In this document: positions 14,094 to 26,885 of the stretch, in pieces | Position numbering within the stretch: the stretch's first letter is position 1 | Layout of the letters: the number at the start of each line of letters is the position of its first letter | NCBI GenBank assembly: GCA_043228905.1 | Contig: JBHGNT010000108.1 | Location: 20,267 to 84,266, forward strand | From: Azolla caroliniana | Lineage: Eukaryota > Plantae > Polypodiophyta | DNA length: 64,000 nt | Reading direction: 5' to 3' | Translations under genes and position numbers: made by a program | The notes under the pieces: generated by a model | The model's input: only the letters and a program-made list of their open reading frames with translations | What the model was told of the DNA's origin: nothing | Databases searched by the model: none

Positions 14094-16396
14094 CATAATA
14101 AAAAACTACTAAGAGAAACCCTCTACCTACTAAACTAAATATTGAACGCATAATCTAAGCCTCTAACACCACAATTTGAGTCCACAACCCATCCTCTCTA
14201 GTTCTAGTACCTGGTGGTTCCGCTTATGTTTCACACGCATGCGCGTAACTTTGCGACAACATTTCTTTCTCAATGACAATGTCATTCTCAATTACAACAC
14301 TTATCACTGAAACTCTTAAACATCAAGATTCACACCTCAATTTCACACATGCGACGTATAAAAATGATTCATCTTTAGTTCCCATTGGCTATATTTCACC
14401 GTTCGAAGATTATATCAAAAACATTTGTGTGAAAGACAATTATATTACTAAATGTTTGTGAAAAACACTAGATCGGTGCAATAATTGAGTGGTGAGATTG
14501 AATCACTAATAGGCAAGATAAATACTTTGTCATGAAAATAATATTTGACTTCATCAAATTAACAAAATTGTCAAATCTATACTCCCTACATCTTTCGTAG
14601 GTATGTTATAAGTCACTAATATCCGAGTTATGATGCAATCACTAATATCTTAAAAAGAGGAAAGGACCTCCATGTATGATCTCGAGTCAAACTATGTAAA
14701 TTGTGCAAACACCCACAATCTTGGAATAGAATAATAACCAAGAGCTCTTGGGGTAATTCTCCTTCATATAACTAGCACAATCATTTTTGGTTCATATGGT
14801 TAAGAACCGGCGTCAAACATTTTTTACAATCTAGTGTTGATTTTATCATTGAGCCGGAAGAGACAACTATATGGTAGATCCATGGAAATTTGCTTCCCAC
14901 ATCGTTTAAGTCTAAAAATATTTTTTCATCATTCCATAACCCCCCTTATTTTGCAAGTAAACTAAAATTGAATAAAACCAATGGACTATTGTTTGGAGAA
15001 ATAAATGTATAGATAACATGCTCCTAGTTGTGAATGCAGAAGCTACTCTTGTTGTTGCACTGTTCAAACGACAATGTGGTTGCAAATCAAATCATGTAAA
15101 GCAAGGCTCCAAGAGGATTGGAAGCCCCTTGACAATGAAGAGCATAGGACATTAATATGAGTTCATTGCAGGTCATGGTGGCTACAGAACTGCTAGTATC
15201 ATATGGCCTGCAAAGAGCAACGCTACGATGTTGTCATTCACCTGCTTATCGGAGAAAGGTTGTCCATGTTGCTCGTCCGTGTATGCCAGAAAGCTAGAGA
15301 GGATGTCTTCATGTCTAGTGACCAAGGCAACACCCATATTCCTCCTTCTCTCCTTGATCCATACTTGCAATTGCTTTCTTATCACATCCGAAGCTACGAG
15401 GGCTTTGCTATATATATTGTTCCTAGGATGTTGATTGGCAGTTGAAAGAGGCAATGTACCACATCTTGATCTTCTCTGTCCCCTATACCAATGAAAACCT
15501 CCCAAGCTATGGAGAACATGAGCTTCTTCATGAAGGGGAAGAGAGCAACCTTAGATTGGCCTTCAAGCTGATCTCTTATGAATGCGAGCGCAATGAGATC
15601 GACACGACTCATGTATCTTAGCAAGGATTCAGGCCGCAAGAACAGCATAAGTGCATTCCGTATGGTATGCGAGTGGCACCATGTTCTACACACGCCATGG
15701 GGGATTCATTGCTGAGAACAGACGCAACACTAATGGACCATGATGTATAGTTGTTAGAGAAGGTTGCCTTGTTACCCAACGGGCTAGCAAGGACTATTAT
15801 CGAAGAAGCCTTTAAGCTCGTCTTGAAGGTCTCTCCATAAGCTGAGATGCAGTCATCGAAGAATTTCCACAAATTCCCTTTGCTTAGAGCTCCTAGACAC
15901 TCTTGGGTTTCACCGACAAAGGGAAGGCCGAAACGGCCCGGGGGTAATGTTATGATTTCAACTCAAACGGATTCAGTTACAAAAACTTAGACACAAACAA
16001 AAAGAAAAGAAGTAACACATAATTTACGTGGAAAACCTTGGTTTCAGGGGAAAACCACGGGAACAGAAATTTCCACTATGAGATAAGACGAAATACAATC
16101 ATATAGTGATAGAACCTGATTTGGTATGGTTGTACTCTAAAACCACAATTTAAGCCAAGTGCACCAAACCCTCACTCGTAGGTATCTATCTCTTTCGAAG
16201 CCTACACGGCTTCTTGGTATGTCTTTTCTTTTCTTTCTGTTACACTCTTCTTCCTTTGTTTCACACACACACACACAAGATCCTTTTTCAAAACAGAGAC
16301 CTTCCTTAATTACAAATTCATTCATTCATTCATTCATTCATTCATTCTCTCTTCTCTTCTCTCTCTCTCTCTCTCTCTAGCACAACTTCTTCTTAC

Positions 16397-16446
<50 letters not shown>

Positions 16447-16466
16447 CAACGGTCGTGCCTCTCTCT

Positions 16467-17126
16467 ACAAAGGTCGTGCGCCACGCTGCCGTCGCTGCCG
16501 TCTACGACGTCTGTCGTCGCCTGCTACCGAGCTGCACTCCCCCCCCCATCGTGCTACTGTCGTCTGTTGCCGCACTGCCGTCTGCTAACGTCCGTCGCCG
16601 TCTGCTGCCGTCGGCATGCTGGATGACCTGCTGCAGTTCGTCATCATCCGTTGTAGTCACCATTGCTGTTGTCATGCTCTTCTCCTCCTTGTTTCTTGAG
16701 GTTGCCGAGTGTCGCGTTTCTTCTCTTGGCGGCGCATCCTTGTTCTTTTAGCGTGCTCGTCGTGTGCAAAATGCCGATGTGACTACGACATAACACAAAG
16801 GTCGTGCGCCACGCTGTCGTCGCTGCCGTCTACGACGTCTGTCGTCGCCTGCTACCGAGCTGCACTCCCCCCCCCATCGTGCTACTGTCGTCTGTTGCCG
16901 CACTGCCGTCTGCTAACGTCCGTCGCCGTCTGCTGACGTTGGCATGCTGGACGACCTGCTGCAGTTCGTCATCATCCGTTGTAGTCACCATTGCTGTTGT
17001 CATGCTCTTCTCCTCCTTGTTTCTTGAGGTTGCCGAGTGTCGCGTTTCTTCTCCTGGCGGCGCATCCTTGTTCTTTTAGCGTGCTTGTCGTGTGCAAAAT
17101 GCCGATGTGACTACGACATAACACAA
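16467..17126 (+). repeat. 2 x 328-bp tandem duplication in the LINE 5' UTR
   Basis: acaaaggtcgtgcgccacg at 16467 and 16795; the two units are near-identical. Confidence 0.92.
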
Positions 17127-17189
17127 ACTCAGCTAAGTCTCGAACCCATTTATTTTATCCTTTTTTTTTCTTTTCTTATTGACACTACA

Positions 17190-18015
17190 ATGTCTAAACG
17201 AAAGGAACACAAGGATACACAAGATGAGGCTATAAGTAAGGAGGACTTTTTGGATATGTTTAACCGTTTAACAAAAATAGAGACAGATATGAAAAAATGG
17301 GTGAAAGACGCCGAAACCCACAAGAAAAAAGATAGAGAGGAAAAAGACACCCTCAAGGCTGAAATAGAAAAACTTAAAGAGGAAAACACAAACCTCAAAC
17401 AACAACTTAATGACATCAAGGTATCCCGAGAGGACGGTGAAATATCCTCCATAGAGGATATAAAAGATGAGATCAAAAAAGTTAAAGAGGAGGTTAAAAA
17501 TAACATAGAGTTAGCAAAAACGGGTTGGGTAGATGTGGTTAAAAGAAACATTAAAAAAGAAATAAAGGATGAAAATATTGTTAATACCACCCTCGAAGAG
17601 GAGAAAATGCGTCAGGCCCGACGCCTAAATGTGCGTGTCACTGGGCTCAAGGAAGGTGCATCCCCGGACGAGGATGCACAAACACTCGGGAAAATGTTAG
17701 GGTACACAACGACCCTACCTATCACCAAAGCTTGGAGGGCCGGACGCGACACAACTAGGAAGAGAGCCTTAGTTCTTCAATTTAAAGACCAATTCTTTAG
17801 AAGAGACCAATTCTTTAAAGAATCACTTTCCTTAAGAAGAGACCAATTCTTCGAGGATTGCATGGGGACCCTATCTATCTCGATGAAGACCTCACCACGA
17901 TGCAAATTGAGCATGGCAAGAGTTGTATGCCAAAGGTTATGCAAGCTCGCAAAGACGGGCATCGCGCCTTTTATCAAGATGGGCGAGTGATCATAAATGA
18001 TCGCACTACTAATTA
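17190..18015 (+). CDS. LINE ORF1 (coiled coil plus RRM-like), frameshifted near 17790-17850
   Basis: Long K/E coiled coil and RRLNVRVTGLKE motif. An alternative frame gives IYLDEDLT..RVIIN. A small local duplication (agaccaattctt x3) shifts the frame. Confidence 0.75.
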
Positions 18016-18052
18016 ACGGCGTGTGGCCCATGTGACAGAAAACACACTTAGG

Positions 18053-21000
18053 ATGGCCTTATGGAATTGTAACGGCGCACTCTGGACACACCCCGGCCGC
18101 CTAGAGGGGATATTAAAGGAATCAGATATAGTTTGCCTAGTAGAAACACACCAAAGCCCAAATAGGGGACTCCCACGAGTCGAAGGATTTCGTTGGGAGT
18201 CGGCTTTTAGACAAACCTCACGTCGATGCACTACCAGGGGATCTAGAGGTGTCGCAATATTGTTTCAGAGGGAGCTACATAATAGGATAGAAATACTGAG
18301 CATAGACCCAGAAGCTCGTTTTATGTGGGTGAAAATCTCCACAAGCAAGGACAAGGCAGTAATTTTTGCCATTTGTTACTCCCCCCCGAAAGGCTCTCGT
18401 TATAATCTGGTTGGCGAGGCGAGATTAGTTGATGACGGAGTGCCACATGGGCCTTCCCCATATGAACCTCTATCGGATGACATAATCCGATATTCTTCCC
18501 AAGGCGAAGTATTCCTTGTAGGAGACTTTAATGCGAGAACCCAATCCCGACAATGCACAATATTTCAAATGAATAGAAACCTAGAAATGGTAAATGTTGA
18601 TCCTTCAGACATAGACACCACATGTAGATCAAAGGATCAAGGTGCAGACGCCACGAGCTTTGGCCATCATTTGCTCGAACTCGGTAGTCGGCACCAGATG
18701 GTCATATATAATGGTTTAGCCAAGTGGCCAAGTTCGGAAGAGCTCACATGTTTCCCACATGGAGGAGGGGAAAGCACAGTCGATTATCTAATAGGACGCC
18801 CTGAAGCTACCCACATGATTAACTCCTTCCGAGTGGCCCCATGTCCTATTGGCGTGGACCATAGTTTCTTATATTTCGAGATAAAATGCAATATCTCTAA
18901 CGTCACCAACTCTAGTCAACCACGCCATGACATCACACTACATTTCACACATGAGCTCTCTGACATATATGCTCGACATGTTCAAGCCCATCTCTCCTCC
19001 CTTGATCCCTCCCTACCTTTAGAGAGCCTTAGTACGAAACTCACACACATCCTTCATTCTGCAGCAATTAGCAGTTTCCCATACACGAAACACTCCAATC
19101 AAGGTAAAGTAGGATCTATGCCACAAAATAGATGGTATGATGAGGATTGTAGGTGCTTACATCGACAACTTACAATATCGCAACTCAGTGGTAGTATTAC
19201 CTCAGTACAAACTCGTAAAGAAATGCGCAAGATGACACGTCGTAAGAGACGAGCATGGGAGGCATCCCAATATTGGGAACTCTACCACATGCTCATGAAT
19301 AGCGATTGTGCCACTGCATGGAAGAGATTACGGGAACCAAGACCACAAACACCCATCGAAGATCCCGAAACTTGGGACACTTATACAGAGAGACTTTACC
19401 ACATCCCAAACCAACCACCCATTCCAATGCCTTCTACACCCCGACCTACTGTGGGGACACTCTTCACGACCCCTAGGGTCACGAAGGTCATAAAGAAATT
19501 ACAACATAGGAAGTCCATGGACCACACAGGATTGCGAGCAGAACACATCATATACGCGAGAGAGTGCCTAGCTCCCTTGCTAACTCTAATCTTCAATCGT
19601 GCCCTCGTAGAGGATTTTCCATCACAATGGACCATGAACACAGTGGCCCCCATACATAAAGGGGGGGACCCCATGGACCCAAATACTTATAGGACCATTA
19701 TGATAGGTCATGCCCTTGCTAAATTATATGGTGCAGTAATGGAGGCAGAGCTTAGCGAGTATATGGAGACCTTAAATCTTCGTGCACCTGAACAGGCCGG
19801 CTTTAGACGAGCCTTCTCCACTATTGACCATATCTTCACACTTAGATGCTTAATTGACAAGACTAAGGCTTGCAAGAAGAAACTATATTGTTGTTTTGTG
19901 GACTTCCGCAAAGCCTTTGACACGGTCCCTAGAGAGCGGTTGTTTGATAGGCTTAAGAGCTTGAGGATACCAGATGACATGGTTTGGGCCATCTACGCAC
20001 TATATGAACAAGTGTCCGGGTGTGTTCGATGCCCAGGCGGCATATCCGATAGTTTCACTAGCACTATTGGTGTAAAACAAGGTTGCCCCTTATCTCTGAC
20101 TCTTTTTGGGATCTACATTGATGAGATCACAGATTTTATTGCTCGTAAGGGAGGCAATGGAGTAGTCCTTGGGGATACGCAGGTGCGTATCTTGCTCTAT
20201 GCAGACGACATAGTTTTGCTCTCTGAATCCGAACACGACCTACAAAGGCACCTTAATGCCTTAGATGACTTTTGCACACAACGAGGATTGGTAGTGAATC
20301 TAGGGAAAACTAAAGTCCTTATCTTCCACACGTCGGCCCAAGTTAGAGTTAAGTGTCACCTAACTATCTCCCATAGCCCAGTTGAGGTGGTTGGATCATA
20401 TGTCTATCTCGGAGTCACTTTCAGTGCCCGCTCAGGTAAATTTTTAATGACACAAGCAGCGAAGGATAGACTTACAAGAGGACATGCATCCCTCTCACTC
20501 CTCGAGAGACAATGCCACCAAGCATACTTCCAAGAGCCACGAACTAAAGGGTGGCTCTTTGACTCATTAGTGACTCCCTCTCTCATGTATGCATCAACGG
20601 TTTGGGTCCCAGGACTACCATCTTTCATGTGGACGCAATTAGAGAGACCATTGGTGATGATGTTATCACGCCAACTCCGAAGCAAATCGTCGGTCCCACA
20701 TGACATTATTAGGGCTGAGTTCACTCTACCCCCTATGTTAGTAGAAGCACTTTTTCAACTGGTAGTCTTTATACACAGGATACATAACCAACCACTTGAT
20801 AGAATATCCCACCGGCTATACTAACTCATGGTATGGCATGATGGTGAGTTGGCTTCTTGCCAACGGTCTAGACATTACTAACCTCTCCCCCCTTAAGTAC
20901 AACCACACGACTGATAACACTTTAATCTCTCATGAGGACCATAATAAAGTAATACGCCAGGAAATATGGCAAATTTATACTCGTTATAAATGGATCACCC

Positions 21001-21731
21001 CACTAGAGCCACTCCCATCTAAAATGTCGTACTATAAGGAACACTTTATGCACTTCTCTGAGTTAGGTTTTATCACGCGCCCAAAATATCTAGATGTATT
21101 CTTACCACATGCACTAAGAGTTGCCATTGGTCAACTTAGAATATCATCTCACCAACTTGAGATTGAGAATGGACATACTAATGGAGTCCGTAGGGAGGAA
21201 AGGATATGTAGGTTATGCCACATAGAGATAGAGGATGAGTACCATTTTACATGCAAATGCCCCACCTATGCCGAGATAAGGGCAAAATACCAAGACATAC
21301 TTGGTTCCTCTCCCACCCTCCCTAAACTATTAGATACACTAGATATAAAGAAATTAGGTAGATACATCTTAGAATTGAAACAACACAGAGAGAATAAATT
21401 ACAAAACGTTGATAATAATGTTGCTAATGTTTACCAACATATAACAAATGAAGTTTTTCAAGAACAAGGGGAGACAAGGAATGTCGACAGACCTGCACCA
21501 CTCGGACTTCTCCTTGATGAAGCAGAAAATCAAAGAAGAACCAAACGCCCTCGGATGCCGGGTTTCAAAGCAACTCGACGAGATGTAGAAGCAATAAAGA
21601 AAATAAGGGAACGTGAACTACACCGCCTAGAAGCCATGGCTAGGGCACTCTATCCATCGGGACCATGGGTCACACCCACACCAAAAACTTTTGACCTCCC
21701 ACTTCTTTTTGAGAGACTTGGGTGGAAATGA
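18053..21731 (+). CDS. LINE ORF2 (APE endonuclease, RT, C-terminal Cys/His motif), frame break at ~20810
   Basis: WNCNG, LVETH, GDFNAR, VDY, VDH (APE). QAGFRR, FVDFRKAFD, GVKQG, YADD, YLG (RT). LRISSH..ERICRLC..EDEYHFTCKC. Confidence 0.9.
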
Positions 21732-22620
21732 GATTAGGCTTAGTGCAAAGTTTTGTACACTACTAGAACTTTCTTAGCTTAAGCTATTTTCTTTTATTTT
21801 AGTTTTGATGTTTGGATAAACACTCATTTTTGTTGTAACCTATTTGTCTCATGGGCCAAATTTGGCCTTAGAAGACGTTAATATATCTTTCTTTCTTTCT
21901 TTCTCACGCTCAGCTTCTAAGCTATGGCACTCACACAGCCACTACTGTGTTAGCTCTCTATCGTTCTATGTGTCGCACTACTCTTGCAACACCTTCTCTC
22001 TCTCTATATATATATATCCCTCACGTACTCACTTACTCATTGTTATTCACTTTCACGCTTTACTCACTGTATTTACTCTCAGTGAGTTATCCCACATACA
22101 AACACAGCCAATTCGACTCTCACTATATATACTAACTCATCTCATTCACAAATGTATGTATATGTATATGTTCATTAAAACTTCTATTCGACCGAATCCC
22201 ATTTTGGTTTTCTTATTGAATTCGGCCAACCGATTCTCGTTTTGGCTTTTCGACCGATTTCAACCAGCCGACTCTTGTTTTGGCTTTTTGACCAATTTCA
22301 GTCAGCCGACTCTCATTTCAGCTTTTCGGCCGATTTTGGTCAGCTGACTCATTTTCACTTCTCAGCTAATTTCGACCAGCCGACTCCCCCGCAAGGAGGG
22401 ACAACCTTACATAACAGGTAAGGGAAGTTTCTTCTCTTGTTGACTCTTATTCTTCTTGCTTGAAGGTCTCCATAATTGATGCAACCCTGCCATGAGGAAT
22501 AGTAGAGACAGAGTAACCCCAACAATGAGCTCTGCAAGGACGGTGGAGGTGAAGCTCCCCATAGCTATGCTTCACCAACGGTAGCGATAGTTCTCATTCT
22601 TCTTCTTCCTCTCTCCAATA

Positions 22621-23362
22621 TGTTGTGTTTTCCCTCCTCATGGGAGAGAGAAGTCACAATGATATTTGGGTTTCATTGGTTACCATCCGGTAGGCCACAA
22701 TGATGCCCTAGTTAAATGGAAGTCTTATCTTGAAAGACCCTTATCCCACTTTAAAAGGAAATCTTATCTAGAAAGACCCTTATATTTAAGAAGAAGAGGG
22801 GGAAAAGTGGCTTTCTAGAGGGAAGAGAGAAGCTCCAAAAGTGAGAAGAAAGAAGAGGTAGAAGTAAATAAATAAATGCATGTATTGTGACACCTAAATT
22901 TGACCTCCTTCGATCGACGGCCATACGAACTCCAATTTCGGTTGAAATTTAGAGGAGTTGCTCTTACCATCAAGAAACTCATATCTAACGGTTGGATTGC
23001 GATTTCCTGTCCTTTAGGTCAAGTTTTATTGATCTATGTCTATTACTCTTCTTGTTGTTTATCCATCTTGTTGGATGAAGATTGTTGCCAACGTTGTTGC
23101 CTTCATGCTTGTGTATTCCTCTAATGATATCTAGGGAGGTTGTACCCACTTGTAAACTTAGTTATAGTGGAAGTTCTAGTACCCTAAGGGTCTTGTGCTT
23201 TTTTCCTTGATTTGGGGTTTCCACGTAAAGGTCTCGTGTGTTCGGTTGCTTTTATTTATTTCTTAGTGTGTTGGCTATTACTTCTTGTCAACTTGCCCAT
23301 TAGATCTTGCCACTGTTTGTGGATGGTGGTTTGTTTGATTGTTTTAGATTCCACACATTTCA
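22621..23362 (+). mobile_element. Degenerate copia-type solo LTR immediately upstream of the P450 start
   Basis: TG..CA with TSD CAATA (22616-22620 / 23363-23367). The empty site is seen at ~1905-1930 (ctctccaatatgtgccgatgaac). Contains the ggtttccacgtaaa LTR motif. Confidence 0.7.
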
Positions 23363-23643
23363 CAATATGTGTCAATGAACATTCACCAATATGTGTGAGA
23401 ACCTTATATCCAAAGATATATGATTCTTCCTTGTCTTTTTCACCATAACCAAAGCATACACACATGCATCCAAAGATGTTACCATCCCTCCATGGTACAA
23501 GTCTATAATGTATTCTACATGTACGAAATTAATGTCGTGAATATATGTATTTTTACATGTTTACAACGTTTGGGTAGTTCAGGATCTTGAAGCTTCTCTT
23601 ATTGTTGCAATTTTCCAACGACTCTAGTGTGTAGTGAAAAAAA

Positions 23644-25332
23644 TCATGTAATCCGAGGCTCAAGGAGGATTGGAAGGCCCTTCGTAGGGTAGGGCAAGGG
23701 GTTCATTGATATGAGTTCGTTGGGATCCTCGAGGGTCCACGAGAAATGAGTGACCAAGCGATGGATGATGGCGAGAAGCTCCATGCGTGCGAACTCGTTG
23801 CCCAGACACATCCTCGGGCCCCCGCCAAACGGGACGAATGTGAACGGACCCGGGCCTGCTCCTTCGAAGCGAGACGGATCGAACTTCTCCGGCTCCTGGA
23901 AATACTTGGGGTTCCGATTGGTGGAGTTCACGGACCAGAATATCTGTGTGCAGAGAAAATATAACAACCAAATGCATGATGGATCAAATCAGCTTAGAGC
24001 TCCCATGGTGGAAGTTGTCACTATTGATTCATGGAGTTCTCTCACCTTCCATGATTTGGGGATTCTGAAGCCATCGAAACTCATGTCTTCCTGTGCCACT
24101 CTGAATGACCCCTGTGCTGCTGGCACCAGCCTCATCGATTCCTGCACCACTCTCCATGAAAGCTTCATCTTCTGTATATCTCCCCAATTCAAGAGCTCAC
24201 CGGGGGCCTTGCTTGCCGCAATCTCCTTGTTCTCTGAGCAATCACCACCAAAATACACATACAAAAAATCATAAGACTTTATGTTCTCTGATCAAGAATT
24301 GATATATAACCATTTCATCCGAAAGAGATGATTGCGGGGGACATGAGACACACCTCTGTAAACTTCATCCAATATGTCGGGATTAGATGCAAGATACTTG
24401 CAGGTTATGGTGGCTACAGAAGTGCTGGTATCATGGCCTGCAAAGAGCAACCCCAGGATGTTGTCCTTCACCTGCTTGTCGGAGAAAGGTTGTCCATGCT
24501 CATCCGTAAATGCCAGAAAGCCAGAGAGGACGTCATGTCCAGTGACCAAGCCAGCAGCCATATTCCTCCTTCTCTCCTCGATCCATACCTGCAACTGCTT
24601 TCTTATCGCATCCGAAGCTGCGATTCCTTTGCTATATGCTGTTCCTGGGATGTTGATTGGCAGCTGAAAGAGGCCTTTCACCATGGCGTCGAAGGGACGA
24701 TGGAGCATATCTTGATCTTCTCTGTCCCCTATACCAATGAAAACCTCACAAGCTATGGAGAACATGAGCTTCTTCATGAAGGGGTAGAGAGCAACCTTAG
24801 ATTGGCCTTCAAGGCGATCTCTTATGAATGCTAGCGCAATGAGATCGACGCGGCTCGTGTATCTTTGCAAGGATTCGGGCCGCAAGAACTGCATGAGCGC
24901 ATTGCGTATGCGAGTGGCACGATGCCCGACACACCCCACGAGGGATTCATTCCCAAGAACAGAGACAACGCTAATGGGCCACACGGAGTGGCTGTTAGAG
25001 AAGGCTGCCTTGTTACCTGCCGGGCTAGCGAGGACTATTGTCGGAGAAGCAAATAAGCTCGTCTTGAAGGTCTCTCCATAGGCTGAGATGTGGTCATCCA
25101 AGAATTTCCATGGGATCCCATTCCTTAGAGCTCTGAGAAACTCTAGGGTTTCACCCACAAATGGAAGGCCGAAACGACCCGGAGGTAAGGGAAGGTTCTT
25201 CTCTTTCCGGCTCTTATTATTCTGGCTTGAAGGTCTCCATAGCTGGTGTAGCGCTGCTATTAGTAGTAGAGACAGAGTAACCCCAACAATGAGCTCTAGA
25301 GGGATGATGGAGGTGAAGCTCACCATAGCCAT
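23644..25332 (-). CDS. Cytochrome P450 copy 3, intact, 488 aa (CYP85 clan, CYP716-like)
   Basis: Exons 25332-24354, 24233-24046, 23943-23644 (979+188+300 = 1467 nt, open, GT-AG). N-terminal TM anchor, [40 protein letters not shown]. Confidence 0.93.
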
Positions 25333-25376
25333 GTGTCACCAATAGTAGCGATAGTTCTCCTTCTTCTTGTCTAATC

Positions 25377-25514
25377 TGTTGTGTTGTCCTTCATCATGGA
25401 GAAGAAGTCCTAATGATATTTGGGCTTCATTAGTTACCATTTGGTAGGCCCAAATGATAACCCCAATTTACATGAAATCTTATCTAGATAGACCTTTATA
25501 TTTAAGAGGAAGCT
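25377..25514 (+). mobile_element. 5' fragment of the upstream solo LTR; contains a candidate minus-strand TATA (TATAAA, ~25495-25500)
   Basis: Homologous to the start of the LTR at 22621; truncated by the 271-bp array. Confidence 0.6.
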
Positions 25515-26603
25515 ACTCCGGGAAATACTTCGGTTCCGATTGGTTTCACATATCTACGTGTGTACAACAAGTCATTAATATATTTCTACATGTGTGCAAA
25601 TAGTGCGAGGATATTTCTACTCAATATCGTACCGAACCTTTTTTCAAAGATAGGGAAGGATCAACCTATCATACCAATGAATTGAAGCCAAGCTTTAGGA
25701 ATCACGAGGAAGGTCAATCTCAACCACATCTTGATTGTCAATAAACCAAGGCAAAGGGCCTCAAAAAGAGTCTTGGTTATCGATCACTCCGGGAAATACT
25801 TCGGGTTCCGATTGGTCCACATCTCTACGTGTGTGCAACAAGTCTTTAATATATTTCTACATGTGTGCAAATAGTGCGAGGATATTTCTACTCAATATCG
25901 TACCGAACCTTTTTTCAAAGATAGGGAAGGATCAACCTATCATACCAATGAATTGAAGCCAAGCTTTAGGAATCACGAGAAAGGTCAATCTCAACCACAT
26001 CTTGATTGTCAATAAACCAAGGCAAAGGGCCTCAAAAAGAGTCTTGGTTATCGATCACTCCGGGAAATACTTCGGGTTCCGATTGGTCCACATCTCTACG
26101 TGTGTGCAACAAGTCTTTAATATATTTCTACATGTGTGCAAATAGTGCGAGGATATTTCTACTCAAGATCGTACTGAACCTTTTTCCAAAGATAGGGAAG
26201 GATCAACCTATCATACCAATGAATTGAAGCCAAGCTTTAGGAATCACGAGAAAGGTCAACCTCAACCACATCTTGATTGTCAATAAACCAAGGCAAAGGG
26301 CCTCAAAAAGAGTCTTGGTTATCAATCACTCCGGCAAATACTTCGGGTTCCGATTGGTCCACATCTCTACGTGTGTGCAACACGTCTTTAATATATTTCT
26401 ACATGTGTGCAAATAGTGCGAGGATATTTCTACTCAAGATCGTACTGAACCTTTTTCCAAAGATAGGGAAGGATCAACCTATCATACCAATGAATTGAAG
26501 CCAAGCTTTAGGAATCACGAGAATGGTCAACCTCAACCACATCTTGATTGTCAATTAACCAAGGCAAAGGGCCTCAAAAAGAGTCTTGGTTATCGATCAC
26601 TCC
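25515..26603. repeat. Tandem array, 4 x 271 bp
   Basis: Unit starts actccgg(g/c)aaatacttc at 25515, 25786, 26057 and 26328. The three near-identical 73-aa ORFs are spaced 271 bp apart. Confidence 0.97.
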
Positions 26604-26885
26604 TCCCTGAAACAAGCCTAGGCTATAATTTACGATAAATTCCAAACTGCTTATAGCTTGTGGAACTTCCTTGGATATGTAGCATTCCAAACATGCCCCA
26701 AATATGAAAATTAGAGGTTATCGTGTGCTTGACCAAAGGAATGGCCGAGCATCCTCCGTCGTTTTGTACGTGATTATTTTACTTTAGAGAATTTGAAGCT
26801 TAGGCCTTCCCAAATCAACATAATTAGTAAAGTAAAAAAGATCAAGGACCTTTCTTCCTCACCATAGTCTAACTATAGATTTGAA

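Larger units (their letters stand above)
16263..21902 (+). mobile_element. Near full-length non-LTR retrotransposon (RTEX-like) with (CTTT)n tail
   Basis: Absent from the paralogous LTR at ~32909. Microsatellite-rich 5' end, ORF1, ORF2 and a 3' ctttctttctttctt tail. Confidence 0.85.
15948..22416 (-). mobile_element. Copia-type solo LTR in P450 exon 1 (contains the LINE)
   Basis: TGTTATG...CATAACA termini and 5-bp TSD GGTAA (15943-15947 / 22417-22421). Carries the reversed cccgtggtttttcc..ttttccacgt LTR motif and ~38-bp internal tandem repeats near 22185-22385. Confidence 0.88.
15092..22568 (-). pseudogene. P450 copy 2 (split: 22568-22417 plus 15947-15092)
   Basis: Homologous to the intact copy, with frameshifts and loss of exon 2 and most of exon 3. 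Exon 1 is interrupted by a solo LTR. Confidence 0.88.

Noticed and set aside
25735-26498. Three tandem 73-aa small-protein genes
   Set aside because: TTG starts, no recognisable motif; a by-product of the 271-bp repeat.
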